DNA from: Marsupella aquatica
Taxonomy: Eukaryota; Plantae; Marchantiophyta
Assembly: GCA_973895155.1 (NCBI GenBank)
Contig: OZ316898.1
Span: forward strand, 21,153,292 to 21,217,291
Length of the DNA stretch: 64,000 bases
Direction: 5' to 3'
Part shown: in pieces, positions 25,301 through 37,662 of the stretch
Layout: every line of letters starts with the position of its first letter
Position numbering within the stretch: the stretch's first letter is position 1
Position numbers and translations under genes: made by a program
The notes under the pieces: model-generated
What the model saw: only the letters and a program-made list of their open reading frames with translations
What the model was told of the DNA's origin: nothing
Database searches by the model: none

Positions 25301-27063
25301 TAGTAGTGTCCTGCATTGTTGCCGTTGCCGTTGTTGTTGCCGATGCCGATTTCTTTTCTTTCTCCAGTAGTTTCAGCAGACTCTGCATGCCTGGTTGCTG
25401 CATCGGCAAGTCTTCCTTCCTGGGCCTAAACACCTGCTCGATCGTAGGACTAACAGGTGGTTGAGGCTTCTCAGCCAACGGCCTCGGCGTTGGAGCTTCC
25501 TCGGGTGCCCTTACCTGCAGGGGAAGTACCGGGGCAAAAGTCTGACCTCTGGCATACCGGCACAATAGCGGCATGTGATAGCCCAGCCGCGACACGCTCC
25601 CCATGCCGATTACCTGCTGCTCCTCCTTTAAGATCTTCTTCAATTGGTTGAGGAGGTACCCGTTGTAGTCCCGGCTTGGGTCTGGCCTTTCTGCCAGATA
25701 GACCTGTGCCTTGCCGATCTCTGCCCTCGGCAAGTTACAATGCATGGTCACCCGCAAGAAGTCGATCATCTCTCCTATGTGCGGGTTGGTGCAGGTGTTC
25801 CGGAAGAAGCCATTCTTCGTTGATGGCCCGGGGAACGACCGGAACTCCTTGTCAGGCAAGGTCTTCCTGGTATCAACTTTGGTCTTATTGCCTATCGGCA
25901 AGCCAAACACTTCGGCAATTACCTTGGGAGTAAGATAGAAATCCTTCCCATATATCCTCGTGCAATTGGTCTCGGGTTCCCATGACCCCACGAATTCTAA
26001 TAGGTCTGACTCCGGTACCTCCGGCTTCAGCCATGGTAATCTTACAAAGGCCTCCAAGCCGGATCCGGCCATGAAGCCTTGGTATCTCTTGGTCTGCATG
26101 GCCGTAAAGCATGCATCCTCCTCTCGTGCAAAATGTAGTTGCACCTCCACCGGTAGGGTTGCCGCCCAGCCTTTCCAGGTGTCATCCCTGGTTGGAATGG
26201 CCTTGATGGGATCGACCTCCTCCTCTTCGGCTTCTCCCTGCCTCCTGCTCTGCTGCTCGGCTGGCTTCTTTGGTGCCGCCGACCTCATTCTTTTTGCCGG
26301 GGTGGCTTCATCGTTGACGGCTCCCTTCCTCTTCATCTCTGCTGCCGTGGAGGTTTCTCCTAGCACCGTTGCCTGGGTCCACCTTTCCGTGCTACCCTTT
26401 AATTCCCAGTGTATGTCGTTGCAGTTCTTGATGGCCTCTCGGATGCCGACGACGCTGTCTTTGCAAAACAAAAGATCGTCGAGTTGATTGGAAGTAGGCG
26501 TCCACAGGAACTCATCCTTGATGAGTTCGCCTCCTAAGAAAGCCGTCTTCTGCAGCTCCCACAATCAAGCGAGCTCCTGCCATTCTCGAGCTGCCCTTTC
26601 TGATTCCTTGTCCTCGTAAGTCTTGATGTACTCAGTTGCCCGTTCGAACAGGCATCCCCAGAAATGTGCCGCTTGATTCACGTTGCTCATACCCTCCTTA
26701 GGTCGATCGTCGGTATCTACTCTCTCCCCGAGTGCTTGCCTAAGCAGCTGACAGTAGTTGGCCTCCCGTAGTCGTCTGCCTAGTTCGTGCTCGCAAATGA
26801 GCCACCATCTCCTGCAAGCGCTCCTTACCCCTCCCCTCTGCCGGTCCTTCTTCCCGTTGATCCTTCCTAGCCGCCGACGCTTAACGCGCCCTAACTCTAA
26901 TCGGGTTTTCACCCTCAGCCTTACCTCCGGCCTCTGCCCGGGTTCCATGGTTGCCCCTAATTGTTTATATTTTCCTTGTTTTGTCCCTATACTAAGGTGT
27001 TCCTAGGGTGCCTTCCTGCTTTACCCACTTAACCGGCCGAGTGATTCCTGTCTAGGCATCACA
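22396..27063 (-). repeat. 5' LTR of element B (4668 bp)
   Basis: TGTGATGCC...CGCACCACA, followed by the PBS; colinear with the LTRs of element A. Confidence 0.93.
23316..26948 (-). pseudogene. ORF-X in the 5' LTR of element B (two premature TGA, at 26565 and 23466)
   Basis: ORFs of 127 aa and 1032 aa are in one frame, which continues to the family stop at 23316. Confidence 0.88.
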
Positions 27064-28205
27064 TCCCAGATCCACCTCTTGAGCAGGCCGGGGAGGCCGT
27101 AGCCGAAGCTGAGGCCGTAGCCGAGGCTGAGGCCATAGCCGAGAATGATTTCCGAGCCGAGGCCGAAGCCGAGGGTGGGCCCAATCAGGCCGATGGAGAG
27201 TTGACTCAGTCAAGGACAGGTAATCTGTCAGAAAATGAACCTACGGCAGTGGTTGCGGAGGAAGCGTTGGGGGCGTCCATTGAGGATCCACCACCGGTGC
27301 CGTGACGGTGCAAGGGCGTCGTTCCTTTTAGGAAGGGCGGACGTGGAGGGAGGAGGCGTGAGTGGGCAGGGCGGGCTCAAATCTCTAAGTTTAGGATTAG
27401 GATCAGGACCAGGAGGCGGCCCTGACACTTAGCTTAGTGGGATTGCGGTTCCACTGGTAAGAGCAACACTTGTACTCCTGCCTCGCTGTACATAGGTAGA
27501 TCCAGTTAGGTAGATTAGGCTTACGCTGCAAAGAATTAGGCGGATCCACTACCAGGATAAGTACCTGGGCAGCGGGGAGCTCAGGGCCTCTTCTTTAGCA
27601 AGTTTTTAGTTTGCACCAGCCGGGCTGGGATCAAGTAGTAAGAAAAGCTCTCGGTTAGTCATACAATGACCCTTGTGTATATTCATGTTTCCTCATGCCT
27701 AAGAGCTGAATAGAGTTGGCCTCACGGCTTAGTTCGCGGAGCTTGTGTATGAGATGTACTGTTTGTATTGCAAGTGCATGGTATGACTCAGTCAGAAGGA
27801 GTCATTTTGCTATTTGTGTGTCGCATTAACTTGTGTGAAGAGTGCCCACATCAACCAATAGAGGAAGGAAAGTAAGCAGGGGAGTGAGAGTTGGATGTGT
27901 CGAGCTGAGAGAGGTCTTAGCGGCTTAACTTTAGGGGATCATTCCGGCGGCGGAATCCAAACATACCTAACAAGACGGAGGGGAAGACAAGGGAAGGCCT
28001 AGATTAGGCCGGCTACGTATCTCATGACCCGATGAAGGATCTGTCCAGTATATGTGTGTAAAATGTTAATAGTAGTAGTAGTAGGAGGTTAGTAGTGTCC
28101 CATGCCGCTAAGCCGCGGAAACGGCCTCGCCAAGCGCAAAACCTGCGGGAATCGGCTTGCGCTAGGGGGGTTTCTTGGGTTTAGGGAGCCATGGGACGCA
28201 CCACA
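27064..28205 (+). mobile_element. 3' 1.1 kb of a family-1 LTR (element C), antiparallel, cut by the insertion of element B
   Basis: Encodes the ORF-X tail PDPPLEQAGEAVAEAE and ends GGGACGCACCACA; followed by CACTA transposase sequence. Confidence 0.88.
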
Positions 28206-29771
28206 GGTCACCAGAGAGCAAGTCCTGAGGTGGGCAGCTAGGAAGGCTGATTGGGACAAGAGAAGTGCCACTAATCGAGAACCTAAGGATCCAGTGGTGA
28301 AACACGGTGTGAAAAGACAGACCTTGATGGACTTGGAGTTGGAGTACTGGAGGGTAATGTACTTAGCCTCCAGCCCCTATATGATTGCAATTTTAGATTG
28401 GAGCAATGGTGGATTGATGTTGGTTACAATCCTCCTATGTGGTTAATTAGTGTTTCTGTTGTTGAATTCTTTGCTTTGTGGAGTGCAGGAATTCGAGCCC
28501 AGCAAACACAATGTGGACGTCATGCACATTGAGAAAAATATTTGTGAGAGCTTGCTGAAGTTCTTGTCGGGTGAGAAAGATACAGGAGCAGTTCGAGCTG
28601 ATATGCAACGGAAGGGGATTCGCCCTCACCTTTGGTTGAAGCCCCATGCAAGCAATCCCAATGTACTTCTCAAGTTCCAAGCTCCCTATGTGTGCACACA
28701 TGAAGAATGGAAGACATTCTTGTATAGATTGAGCTGTCTGAAAGTGCCCTCTGGCTATGCTGGTGCCTTCAAGAAGCATATTACAAAGAATAAACTTGGC
28801 AGTATGAAAACACATGACTACCATGTGTTGATGCAGCACATTCTGCCCCTATGCCTCAGAGGTCTCATGCAGAAACCAGTCCGTAATGTCATTCTTTGAC
28901 TGTGCAATGTATTTTGCCGTATATGTGTGAAAGTGTGGGATCCCCAAGGATTGGAGCAGTTGAAGCAGGATGTTGCTTATGTCCTCTGTGACTTGGAGAT
29001 ATACTGCCCCCTGCTTTCTTTGATGTTATGAGTCATCTCCTAATCCATGTGGTAGAAGAGCTAGGGCAGTATGGGCCAGTCAGTACCAGATGGATGTACC
29101 CTATGGAGCGATACATGAAGTTGTTGAAAGGTCATGTGAGAACATACTACAGGTCAGAGGCTTCCATGGCATTGGGGTACATTAAGGATGAGACATTGGG
29201 GTTCCTAACAGAGTACATGGCTGGGTCTGGTGAAGCTATGACAAGAGTTTGGAAATCTGGTGAAGATGATGGAGTGAGTGGCAAGGTTGTTGAAGGTGTG
29301 GGACGTGCTGTTCAGCTGCTTGTTGCGATTCGAGACAAGGCTCATTCATATGTGCTGGCAAACACAGAGCCTATGCAACCATGGTGGAGGTGAGTGATTG
29401 AATTGACTTGCCTTTGTTGTGATGCTTCTTGTCTGTTCCAAGGGTGATCTTAGGTTGTCATGTGTTGTTTAGACCTAACTATGCCTGTACCTCATATTGC
29501 AGGGAATATGATATGCAAAAAGCTGCACACTCTGGGCAGCAGGATCCCTTCCCACAGTTCGAGCAGTGGATTTGGGTGACAATTCGAGAGCATAGTAGAC
29601 ATCACCCAGATATGGAGAAGGATTTGTATCTTCTATCTGTGCCACCACGATTGTCTATTTTGACCTACAAACGGATCAGAGCTTATGGAAATCATTATCG
29701 AGTGAGGGATGAGCAGGGTGACCATTGTGTATCATATGATTGTGGTTTGATTTCTGTGTTTGAGCAGAGAA
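28206..29771 (+). pseudogene. CACTA transposase (TnpD-like), central part including a DUF4218-type region; spliced, with a stop and a frameshift
   Basis: HNVDVMHIEKNICESLL, KTHDYHVLMQHILP, HLLIHVVEE..YGPVSTRWMYPMERYMK; GT-AG introns at about 28355-28488 and 29390-29502. Confidence 0.9.
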
Positions 29772-32700
29772 TGTGGTGCGTCCCATGGCTCCCTAAACCC
29801 AAGAAACCCCCCAGCTCAAGCCGATTCCCGCAGGTTTCGTGCTTGGCGAGGCCGTTTCCGCGGCTTAGCGGCATGGGACGCTGCTAACCTTCTACTACTA
29901 CTATTAACATTTTACACACATATACTGGACAGATCCTTCATCGGGTCATGAGATACGTAGCCGGCCTAATATAGGCCTTCCCTTGTCTTCCCCTGTCTTC
30001 CCCTCCGTCTTGTTAGGTATGTTTGGATTCCGCCGCCGGAATGATCCCCAATAGGCTTGGTTAAGCCGCTAAGACCTCTCTCAGCTCGACACATCCAACT
30101 ATCACTCCCCTGCTTACTTTCCTTCCTTCTGTTGATGTGGGCACTCTTCACACAAGTTAATGCGACACACAAATAGCAAAATGACTCATTCTGACTGAGT
30201 CATACCATGCACTTGCCATACAAACAGTACATCTCATACACAAGTTCTGCGAACTAAGCCGTGAGGCCAACTCTATTCAGCTCTTAGGCATGAGGAAACA
30301 TGAATATACACAAGGGTCACTGTATGACTAACCGAGAGCTTCTCGTACTACTTGATCCCAGCCCGGCTGGTGCAAACTAAAAACTTGCTAAAGAAGAGGC
30401 CCTGAGCTCCCCGCTGCCCAGGTACTTATCCTGGTAGTGGATCCGCCATTCTTTGCATCGTAAGCCTAATCTACCTGATAGTAATCTACTTGCCCGAATC
30501 TACCTATGTACAGCAAGGCAGGAGCACAAGTGTTGCTCCTACCAGTGGAACCGCAATCCCACTAAGCTAAGTGTCAGGGCCGCTCCTGGTTCTGATCCTA
30601 ATCCTAAACGTGGAGATCCGCGCCCGCCCTGCCCACTCACGCCTCCTCCCTCCACGTCCGCCCTCCCTAAAAGGAACGGCGCCCTTGCACCGTCATGACA
30701 CCGGTGGTGGATCCTCAATGGACGCCCCCAACACTTCCTCCTCAGCCACTGCCGTTGGCCCGCCTACTGACAGATTACCTGCCCTTGACCGAGTCAACTC
30801 TCCATCGGCCTGACTGGGTCCACCTTCGGCTTCAGCCTCGACACCGGCCTCGGCAATACCCATGGCTTCGGCCTCAGCCACTCCCACGGCTTCGGCTTCA
30901 GCCACTCCCTCGGCTTCGGCCTCCCCTTCCCCTAGGGTAGTTGGATCCTTAGCCGTGACCCTGTCTGGGGTCGGTGCTGGGTCTACCTCCTTGATCACCA
31001 CGGCCTGTGAAGTCGTATTACTCCTTGACCCTGAAGGTTTCCGCTTCTTCTTCGTTGGTGGCTCGGCAGCTGGTCCCTTCCCCTTCCCACTTACTTCCGG
31101 CACTGGTGCAGTTGACGCGGCTTGTCCTTCGGCAATTACCACCCCTGGTAACTGGTTTGTCCCAACGGGAGATGGACCTGCTGCAGCTAAGCATTTAAAT
31201 ACTGCGACTTGTTTCTTCAGCCGCTCTGTTTGGTTGTCGGCCCGCCGCTGTAGGTTCTCCATCTTCCTCGTGATTTCCTCCAACTCCTCTTGGGTTTCAT
31301 CCAGGTCCTTACGTGCCCCCTCCAGCTCGTTTTTGGCCTCCTCCTGCTCCCTGTGGGCTTCCTCCAATTCCTTCTTCAAGGTAGCCCTCTCCTCCTGGGT
31401 TGCTCTTAGCTCCTTGTCGAGCTCTGCAATGATGACAGACTCCATCTGGTTCATCTTGGCGTAAGTCTGTTCGAGCATCTCGTCCTTCTCCCTTAGGTCG
31501 GCCTTGAAGCTGGCCGTCAGGGACGCAAGCTCCTGCTGCAGCGCCATAATCCCTTGATAGGATTTCCCTAACTCGACCTCCTTCTGCTCAAGGGCTCCGC
31601 GGATTTTCTCAAGCTCCCCTTTCAACGCCCATTCCTTTCTTTGGGTCTCCGCCATGGCCCGGCTGTTGGCTGTTATGTGGGCCTCCTCTGTATTCTTCAG
31701 CTCTTGCTTCCACTTCTCCCTCTCTTTGATCGTGTCGGCCAACTCTTCCTGCGTCTGAGTCAGTTTATCCTTGATATTCTGATTATCAGCCTGCGCGGCG
31801 TCCAACTGCCCCTGCATGATGTTCAGCTCATGTCGTTTAATCCGCAGTTCATCTTGGGCTTTCTTGGCCGCCCTTAGATCTTCAATCTCGGCTTCCATCC
31901 TCCTAAGCCGCCGAATGACCTCGTCCTTCTTGCTTCTCTCTAAAGCCACCGCTTCTTCTAATTGGTGCTTCTCCAACTGCTCCCTATGAAAAAAGGGTCC
32001 TACCTCCAACTCCTCTCCAAAGATGCCGAGCGCAAGTTCCCCACACATCTCACCATACTCCATGGCTCTATTCTTAGCGTAGGTGGAGTAAGTAGAAGTG
32101 ATCGGCATCGCCCATCGTGGCCTCTGCTCCCACGCCGTCCTGCGGATCTCTTCAATCGTGGCTAGAGGTTTGCTTCCTTTTTCGGCTAGCCGCCTGATGT
32201 CCTCCGGCCAATCTCCTCCTGGTAAATCCTTTTCCTTAGCCAGGGCGGCCTCTTCCTCCTGCTTGATTCGCTCCTGAAATTCCTGCACCGTCTGTTTTAT
32301 GCCGTCGAAGCTCGGGGGAGCAACATCTGGTGGGGGAGACTCAGGGCTACTCTGCTGGTTGGGGTCCCCTCGCACTACCCTTGGAAGTGTGGGGACAAAC
32401 CGGCCACAGGTCCTTACTCCTGGAACGTGATGGTCCGACCCATAGCCGGAATTATCAGGGCTGTAGTCCTCCACTGCCTCCTCTACCTCTTGGACGTCCG
32501 GCTTCTCCCTCTCCTCTTCCTCGGTAGGAGCTTCAGGCAATTCTGCCTCAGATTCGGAGGTTGAGGTTCCCACGTACATTCGAACACCTGGCTTGGATTC
32601 CGGCCTGATTCTCTTCTTGTCTCCAGCAAAGGGGTTTTCTCTTGTGAGCCGGTGTAGGCCTACCTCTGTAGTAGTGTCCTGCATTGTTGCCGTTGCCGTT

Positions 32701-34431
32701 GTTGTTGCCGATGCCGATTTTTTTTCTTTCTCCAGTAGTTTCAGCAGACTCTGCATGCCTGGTTGCTGCATCGGCAAGTCTTCCTTCCTGGGCCTAAACA
32801 CCTGCTCGATCGTAGGACTAACAGGTGGTTGAGGCTTCTCAGCCAACGGCCTCGGCGTTGGAGCTTCCTCGGGTGCCCTTACCTGCAGGGGAAGTACCGG
32901 GGCAAAAGTCTGACCTCTGGCATACCGGCACAACAGCGGCATGTGATAGCCAAGCCGTGACACGCTTCCCATGCCGATTACCTGCTGCTCCTCCTTTAAG
33001 ATCTTCTTCAATTGGTTGAGGAGGTACCCGTTGTAGTCCCGGCTTGGGTCTGGCCTTTCTGCCAGATAGACCTGTGCTTTGCCGATCTCTGCCCTCGGCA
33101 AGTTACAATGCATGGTCACCCGCAAGAAGTCGATCATCTCTCCTATGTGCGGGTTGGTGCAGGTGTTCCGGAAGAAGCCATTCTTCGTTGATGGCCCGGG
33201 GAACGACCGGAACTCCTTGTCAGGCAAGGTCTTCCTGGTATCAACTTTGGTCTTATTGCCTATCGGCAAGCCAAACACTTCGGCAATTACCTTGGGAGTA
33301 AGATAGAAATCCTTCCCATATATCCTCGTGCAATTGGTCTCGGGTTCCCATGACCCCACGAATTCTAATAGGTCTGACTCCGGTACCTCCGGCTTCAGCC
33401 ATGGTAATCTTACAAAGGCCTCCAAGCCGGATCCGGCCATGAAGCCTTGGTACTTCTTGGTCTGCATGGCCGTAAAGCATGCATCCTCCTCCCGTGCAAA
33501 ATGTAGTTGCACCTCCACCGGTAGGGTTGCCGCCCAGCCCTTCCAGGTGTCATCCCTGGTTGGAATGGCCTTGATGGGATCGACCTCCTCCTCTTCGGCT
33601 TCTCCCTGCCCCTTGCTCTGCTGCTCGGCTGGCTTCTTTGGTGTCGCCGACCTCGTTCTTTTTGCCGGGGTGGCTTCATCGTTGACGGCCCCCTTCCTCT
33701 TCATCTCTGCTGCCGTGGAGGTTTCTCCTAGCACCGTTGCCTGGGTCCACCTTTCCGTGCTACCCTTTAATTCCCAGTGTATGTCGTTGCAGTTCTTGAT
33801 GGCCTCTCGGATGCCGACGACGCTGTCTTTGCAAAACAGAAGATCGTCGAGTTGATTGGAAGTAGGCGTCCACAGGAACTCGTCCTTGATGAGTTCGCCT
33901 CCTAAGAAAGCCGTCTTCTGCAGCTCCCACAATCAAGCGAGCTCCTGCCGTTCTCGAGCTGCCCTTTCTGACTCCTCGTCCTCGTAAGTCTTGATGTACT
34001 CAGTTGCCCGTTCGAACAGGCATCCCCAGAAATGTGCCGCTTGATTGACGTTGCTCATACCCTCCTTAGGTCGATCGTCGGTATCTACTCTCTCCCTGAG
34101 TGCTTGCCTAAGCAGCTGATAGTAGTTGGCCTCCCGTAGTCGTCTGCCTAGTTCGTGCTCGCAAATGAGCCACCATCTCCTGCAAGCGCTCCTTACCCCT
34201 CTCCTCTGCCGGTCCTTCTTCCCGTTGATCCTTCCTAGCCGCCGACGCTTAACGCGCCCTAACCCTAATCGGGTTTTCACCCTCAGCCTTACCTCCGGCC
34301 TCGGCCCGGGTTCCATGGTTGCCCCTAATTGTTTATATTTTCCTGGTATTGTCCCTATACTAAGGTGTTCCTAGGGTGCCTTCCTGCTTTACCCACTTAA
34401 CCGGTCGAGTGATTCCTGTCTAGGCATCACA
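29772..34431 (-). repeat. 3' LTR of element A (4660 bp)
   Basis: Directly follows the PPT; colinear with 40652-45313 at offset 10880/10882. Confidence 0.96.
30693..34316 (-). CDS. ORF-X, LTR-encoded ~1207-codon protein (one internal TGA at 33933 in this copy)
   Basis: In-frame ORFs of 127 aa and 1079 aa; the other LTR reads CGA at that codon; start context CAACCATGG; ~300-aa coiled coil. Confidence 0.88.
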
Positions 34432-37400
34432 TAGCTCCCCACTTAATTGTGAAGCGTCCTCGCGAACAACTTCATCTTCGTCCATATAGTATTTCTTGAG
34501 GCGGTCATAATGGATGCGAACTGGATATACCTCTCCCGTAATGTTGGCCAATTGCACGGAGCCATTGGGGAACATCATGGTTACTCTAAAGGGTCCTAAC
34601 CAGCGAGTGTAAAGCTTTCCTGGAAACCTATTATACCTACTGTCATAAAGTAGCACAAGATCACCGGTATGAATACTAACTACTTTTAACCTTTTATCAT
34701 ACTGCTGCTTCATGATATTCTGTCTATATTCTACTCTCTCGGCTGAAATCATTCTCGCTTCCTCTAAAGCTTCTAACCTATATTCTCGCTCCTTTAGGCT
34801 CTCCTCCGCTGAGGCTCTTTCCTCAATTGTAACTTGAAATGTCGGTATCTCAAGTTGCATGGGTACCAGGGCTTCTTGTCCAAAGGTTAAGAAGAAGGGT
34901 GTATGACCGGTAGTGGATTTATAGGCAAGATTGTAAGCAAAAACAGCAGCAAACAATTTATCATCCCAATCGAGTTTGTTCTGAGCTACTGTCTTGTTCA
35001 ATATCTTTCCTATGATTCCGTTTGCTCGTTCTGTCAACCCGTTTGCCTTTGGATGGTAGGGAGTAGTAGGCCTATGTTTAACTAAATACTGCTCATTTAA
35101 ACGACTAATTATATCATTCAAAAAATGGGTTCCTCTATCACTAACTAATTCTAGGGGTGCTCCATACCTGGTGAAGATCTGCTCATACATGAATCTAGCC
35201 GTAGTAATTGCATCATCCTTCATTGTTGGTCTGGCCTCTACCCATTTAGTTGCATAATCCGTAGCCAGGATTATGTACTTGTTCCGTCGAGGGTGGGTCA
35301 GTGGTTTCAGAGGTCCAATGTAATCAATACCCCACTTCTCGAATGGTGCCAGAGGTAGAATAGGGTGCAGTGGATGCCTGGTGGACGCCCTTGGTCCTCC
35401 CGCTCGTTGACAAGGATCGCATTGTTTGATAAACTGATAGACATCTTTGTGCAAGGTGGGCCACCAGTAACCGGCATTTAATATCTTCTTAGACGTGGTT
35501 ACTGGGGCAAAATGTCCTCCGGCCTCCTCTCCATGCATGGCCCGTAGGACTCGTTTTACCTCTCTCTTTTCCAAACACCTTTGAATCGTGCCGTTGATTC
35601 CATGCTTGTGCAGTATGCCTTTAATGCACTGATACTGTCTGACCTTCCGCACAAAGACTGCGGCTTGCTCTCGGCTTAATCCTGGCTGTAATCTGGAAGT
35701 GCTGAGAAATTGTAAAATCTCAGGGTACCATGTACCAGCTATCTCCACAACGAATAGCTCCTCGTCGGGGAATCGATCATCGATGCAATCCGTGGCAGGT
35801 TTACCTGTGATCCTTGAAAAGAAGTCGGCATTGGCATGTAACTTTCCCGGCTTGATCCTCAGCTCATAGTCAAACTCCTGTAATAGCAAAATCCATCTTG
35901 CTACTCTGCCTGTAAGGTCCGGCTTATTGACTAGGTACTTCAAACTTTCATGATCAGTATGAAAGATTACCTTGTACCCTAGTAAATAATGCCTAAACTT
36001 TTTACAAGAATAAATGACTCCTAATGCTTCTCTTTCCGTGGTAGAGTAGTTCCGTTCGGCATCGGCAAGCTGACGGCTTGCGAAGTATATGGGATGGTCC
36101 CTTCCTTTCTCATCCAACTGACTTAGTACTGAGCCAATACAGAAGCCCGAGACATCTACAAAAACATGAAAATCTTTGTTCCAGTCCGGTGCTATCATGA
36201 CTGGGGCCTCTACTAACATCTGCTTCAATTCTACCACCGCTGTGACTCGTTCGGGTGTGGGTTCGAAGTCTGCTCCTGCCTTGAGCATATTGGTTAATGG
36301 TAAAGCCAGCTTGGCAAAATCCTTGATGAACCGGCGATAGTAACCAATGCATCCCAAGAAGGATCTTACATCCTTTATGTTCTTAGGTTGCATGATATCT
36401 AGCCATACTGCTAGCTTACCTTTGTCAATCTCAATGCCCTTCCTTGATACCTTGTGACCTAGTAGCACCCCCTCGGTTACTGCAAAAAAACATTTATCTG
36501 GGTGTAACTTGAGACCCACCTCTCTACATCTCATGAAGGTTTTCCTGAGGTATTTAGCATGTTTCGATGCCTTCCCGAATACTGCAAAGTCATCAATGAA
36601 GATTTCCATGAACTTTCTCAAGTAATCATGAAAAATGTTCACCATTAATCGTTGGAACATAGCTGGTGCGTTGCAGAGTCCAAACGGCATACGATTGAAG
36701 ACATAGATCCCCCATTCCGTGATGAAGGCCGTCTTGATTTGGTCTTCCTGCCGAATCCTGATTTGGTTATAACCAGAGTATCCATCCATGAATGAATATA
36801 GTTCATGACTGGCTACCATGTCTAGTACCATATCAGTAAACGGTAAAGGAAAATGGTCTTTTAATGTTGCTTCATTCAGCTTCTTGTAATCCTGACAAAC
36901 CCGGATCTTGGGTTTACCATCGGGTCCAGCTTTCTTGGGAACTATCACAATTGGAGACACCCAGTCTGAATGCAGGACTGGAGTGATGAATCCAGCTTCC
37001 ACTAGTTTGTCGATTTCTGCTTTGACCAGCAGGGAATACTTCAGGTTCATCCTTCGAATTGGTTGTCGAAATGATTTGGCTCCTAACATGAGATCAATTT
37101 GATGTTCCCCTAGTGTTGGATCTACTCCCTTTAGATCTTGGTGACTCCATGCAAACACATCCTGAAATTCAATCAATAAGTCACTGATCTCTTTCTCGAG
37201 CTCAGGTGCTAGGTTTCTCCCTAAGTTCAGTTCTCTTCCCTCTCCTAAGTCGAGCTTCCGATATTGCCGTGCTTGGATCATATTAATCTGCTTCTTCAAA
37301 TTCGGGTCCAGTTCGGCTTCCAGTCTCTCTAATCTCATACCTCCATAAACTGGGATCTCGGCTGGACTAGCCGAGTCGGTCCCTTCCTTGGTGTCCATAG

Positions 37401-37662
37401 ATTGTCCCCTTACCGGTCTATTTGGTTTTGAATTAGTGGTCGGCTCCCCTTCCTGCCTTGGCTCTAGATCGTGTCTGTCCATCTCATCCACCTCTTGCTC
37501 CTGAGAGTTAGGCCGCTGTGCTCTCTCGGCTTCTAATAGGGCCTCAATTTGTTTTGCCCTCGTAATCGGCTTGTATGCCGATCCCTTGGTATTTAATTTC
37601 TTGCCGATGATCGATGGCGTTGTGGACCCCGTCGGCTCTGCCACAACGCCTGCAGAAAATCC
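34420..37662 (-). CDS. pol: RT-RNase H-integrase, intact frame, entered by a predicted -1 frameshift; no chromodomain or extra RNase H seen
   Basis: DHFPLPF, FMDGYSGYNQI, MPFGLCNAPA, FIDDF, FVDVS...NYSTTERE, H-x6-H...CDPCQ, WGIDYIGP, SDRGTHF, ANGLTER, WLGPF; stop codon lies inside the LTR. Confidence 0.95.
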   Translation of the reverse strand, partial: GFSAGVVAEPTGSTTPSIIGKKLNTKGSAYKPITRAKQIEALLEAERAQRPNSQEQEVDEMDRHDLEPRQEGEPTTNSKPNRPVRGQSMDTKEGTDSASPAEIPVYGGMRLERLEAELDPNLKKQINMIQARQYRKLDLGEGRELNLGRNLAPELEKEISDLLIEFQDVFAWSHQDLKGVDPTLGEHQIDLMLGAKSFRQPIRRMNLKYSLLVKAEIDKLVEAGFITPVLHSDWVSPIVIVPKKAGPDGKPKIRVCQDYKKLNEATLKDHFPLPFTDMVLDMVASHELYSFMDGYSGYNQIRIRQEDQIKTAFITEWGIYVFNRMPFGLCNAPAMFQRLMVNIFHDYLRKFMEIFIDDFAVFGKASKHAKYLRKTFMRCREVGLKLHPDKCFFAVTEGVLLGHKVSRKGIEIDKGKLAVWLDIMQPKNIKDVRSFLGCIGYYRRFIKDFAKLALPLTNMLKAGADFEPTPERVTAVVELKQMLVEAPVMIAPDWNKDFHVFVDVSGFCIGSVLSQLDEKGRDHPIYFASRQLADAERNYSTTEREALGVIYSCKKFRHYLLGYKVIFHTDHESLKYLVNKPDLTGRVARWILLLQEFDYELRIKPGKLHANADFFSRITGKPATDCIDDRFPDEELFVVEIAGTWYPEILQFLSTSRLQPGLSREQAAVFVRKVRQYQCIKGILHKHGINGTIQRCLEKREVKRVLRAMHGEEAGGHFAPVTTSKKILNAGYWWPTLHKDVYQFIKQCDPCQRAGGPRASTRHPLHPILPLAPFEKWGIDYIGPLKPLTHPRRNKYIILATDYATKWVEARPTMKDDAITTARFMYEQIFTRYGAPLELVSDRGTHFLNDIISRLNEQYLVKHRPTTPYHPKANGLTERANGIIGKILNKTVAQNKLDWDDKLFAAVFAYNLAYKSTTGHTPFFLTFGQEALVPMQLEIPTFQVTIEERASAEESLKEREYRLEALEEARMISAERVEYRQNIMKQQYDKRLKVVSIHTGDLVLLYDSRYNRFPGKLYTRWLGPFRVTMMFPNGSVQLANITGEVYPVRIHYDRLKKYYMDEDEVVREDASQLSGELCDA
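34432..34445 (-). other. Polypurine tract of element A
   Basis: TAAGTGGGGAGCTA abuts TGTGATG; the same sequence is at 63767-63780. Confidence 0.88.

Larger units (their letters stand above)
19577..27063 (-). mobile_element. Ty3/gypsy family-1 element B: full 5' LTR, PBS and gag; pol deleted; 3' LTR truncated
   Basis: Near-identical to element A over gag and most of the LTR; gag is joined to the 3' LTR at 20604-20620; homology stops at 19577. Confidence 0.92.

Noticed and set aside
27040-27100. Autointegration as the origin of the B/C and D/E inverted junctions
   Set aside because: The partners differ by many substitutions and indels, so they are distinct copies.
33328-33855. Recurrent plus-strand 175-aa ORF and other antisense ORFs over ORF-X, gag and pol
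   Set aside because: Shadow frames of the minus-strand genes; they recur only because the DNA is repeated.
30693-34316. ORF-X as an envelope (env) gene
   Set aside because: No signal peptide or transmembrane stretch is visible; the protein is charged, coiled-coil and has basic NLS-like patches.
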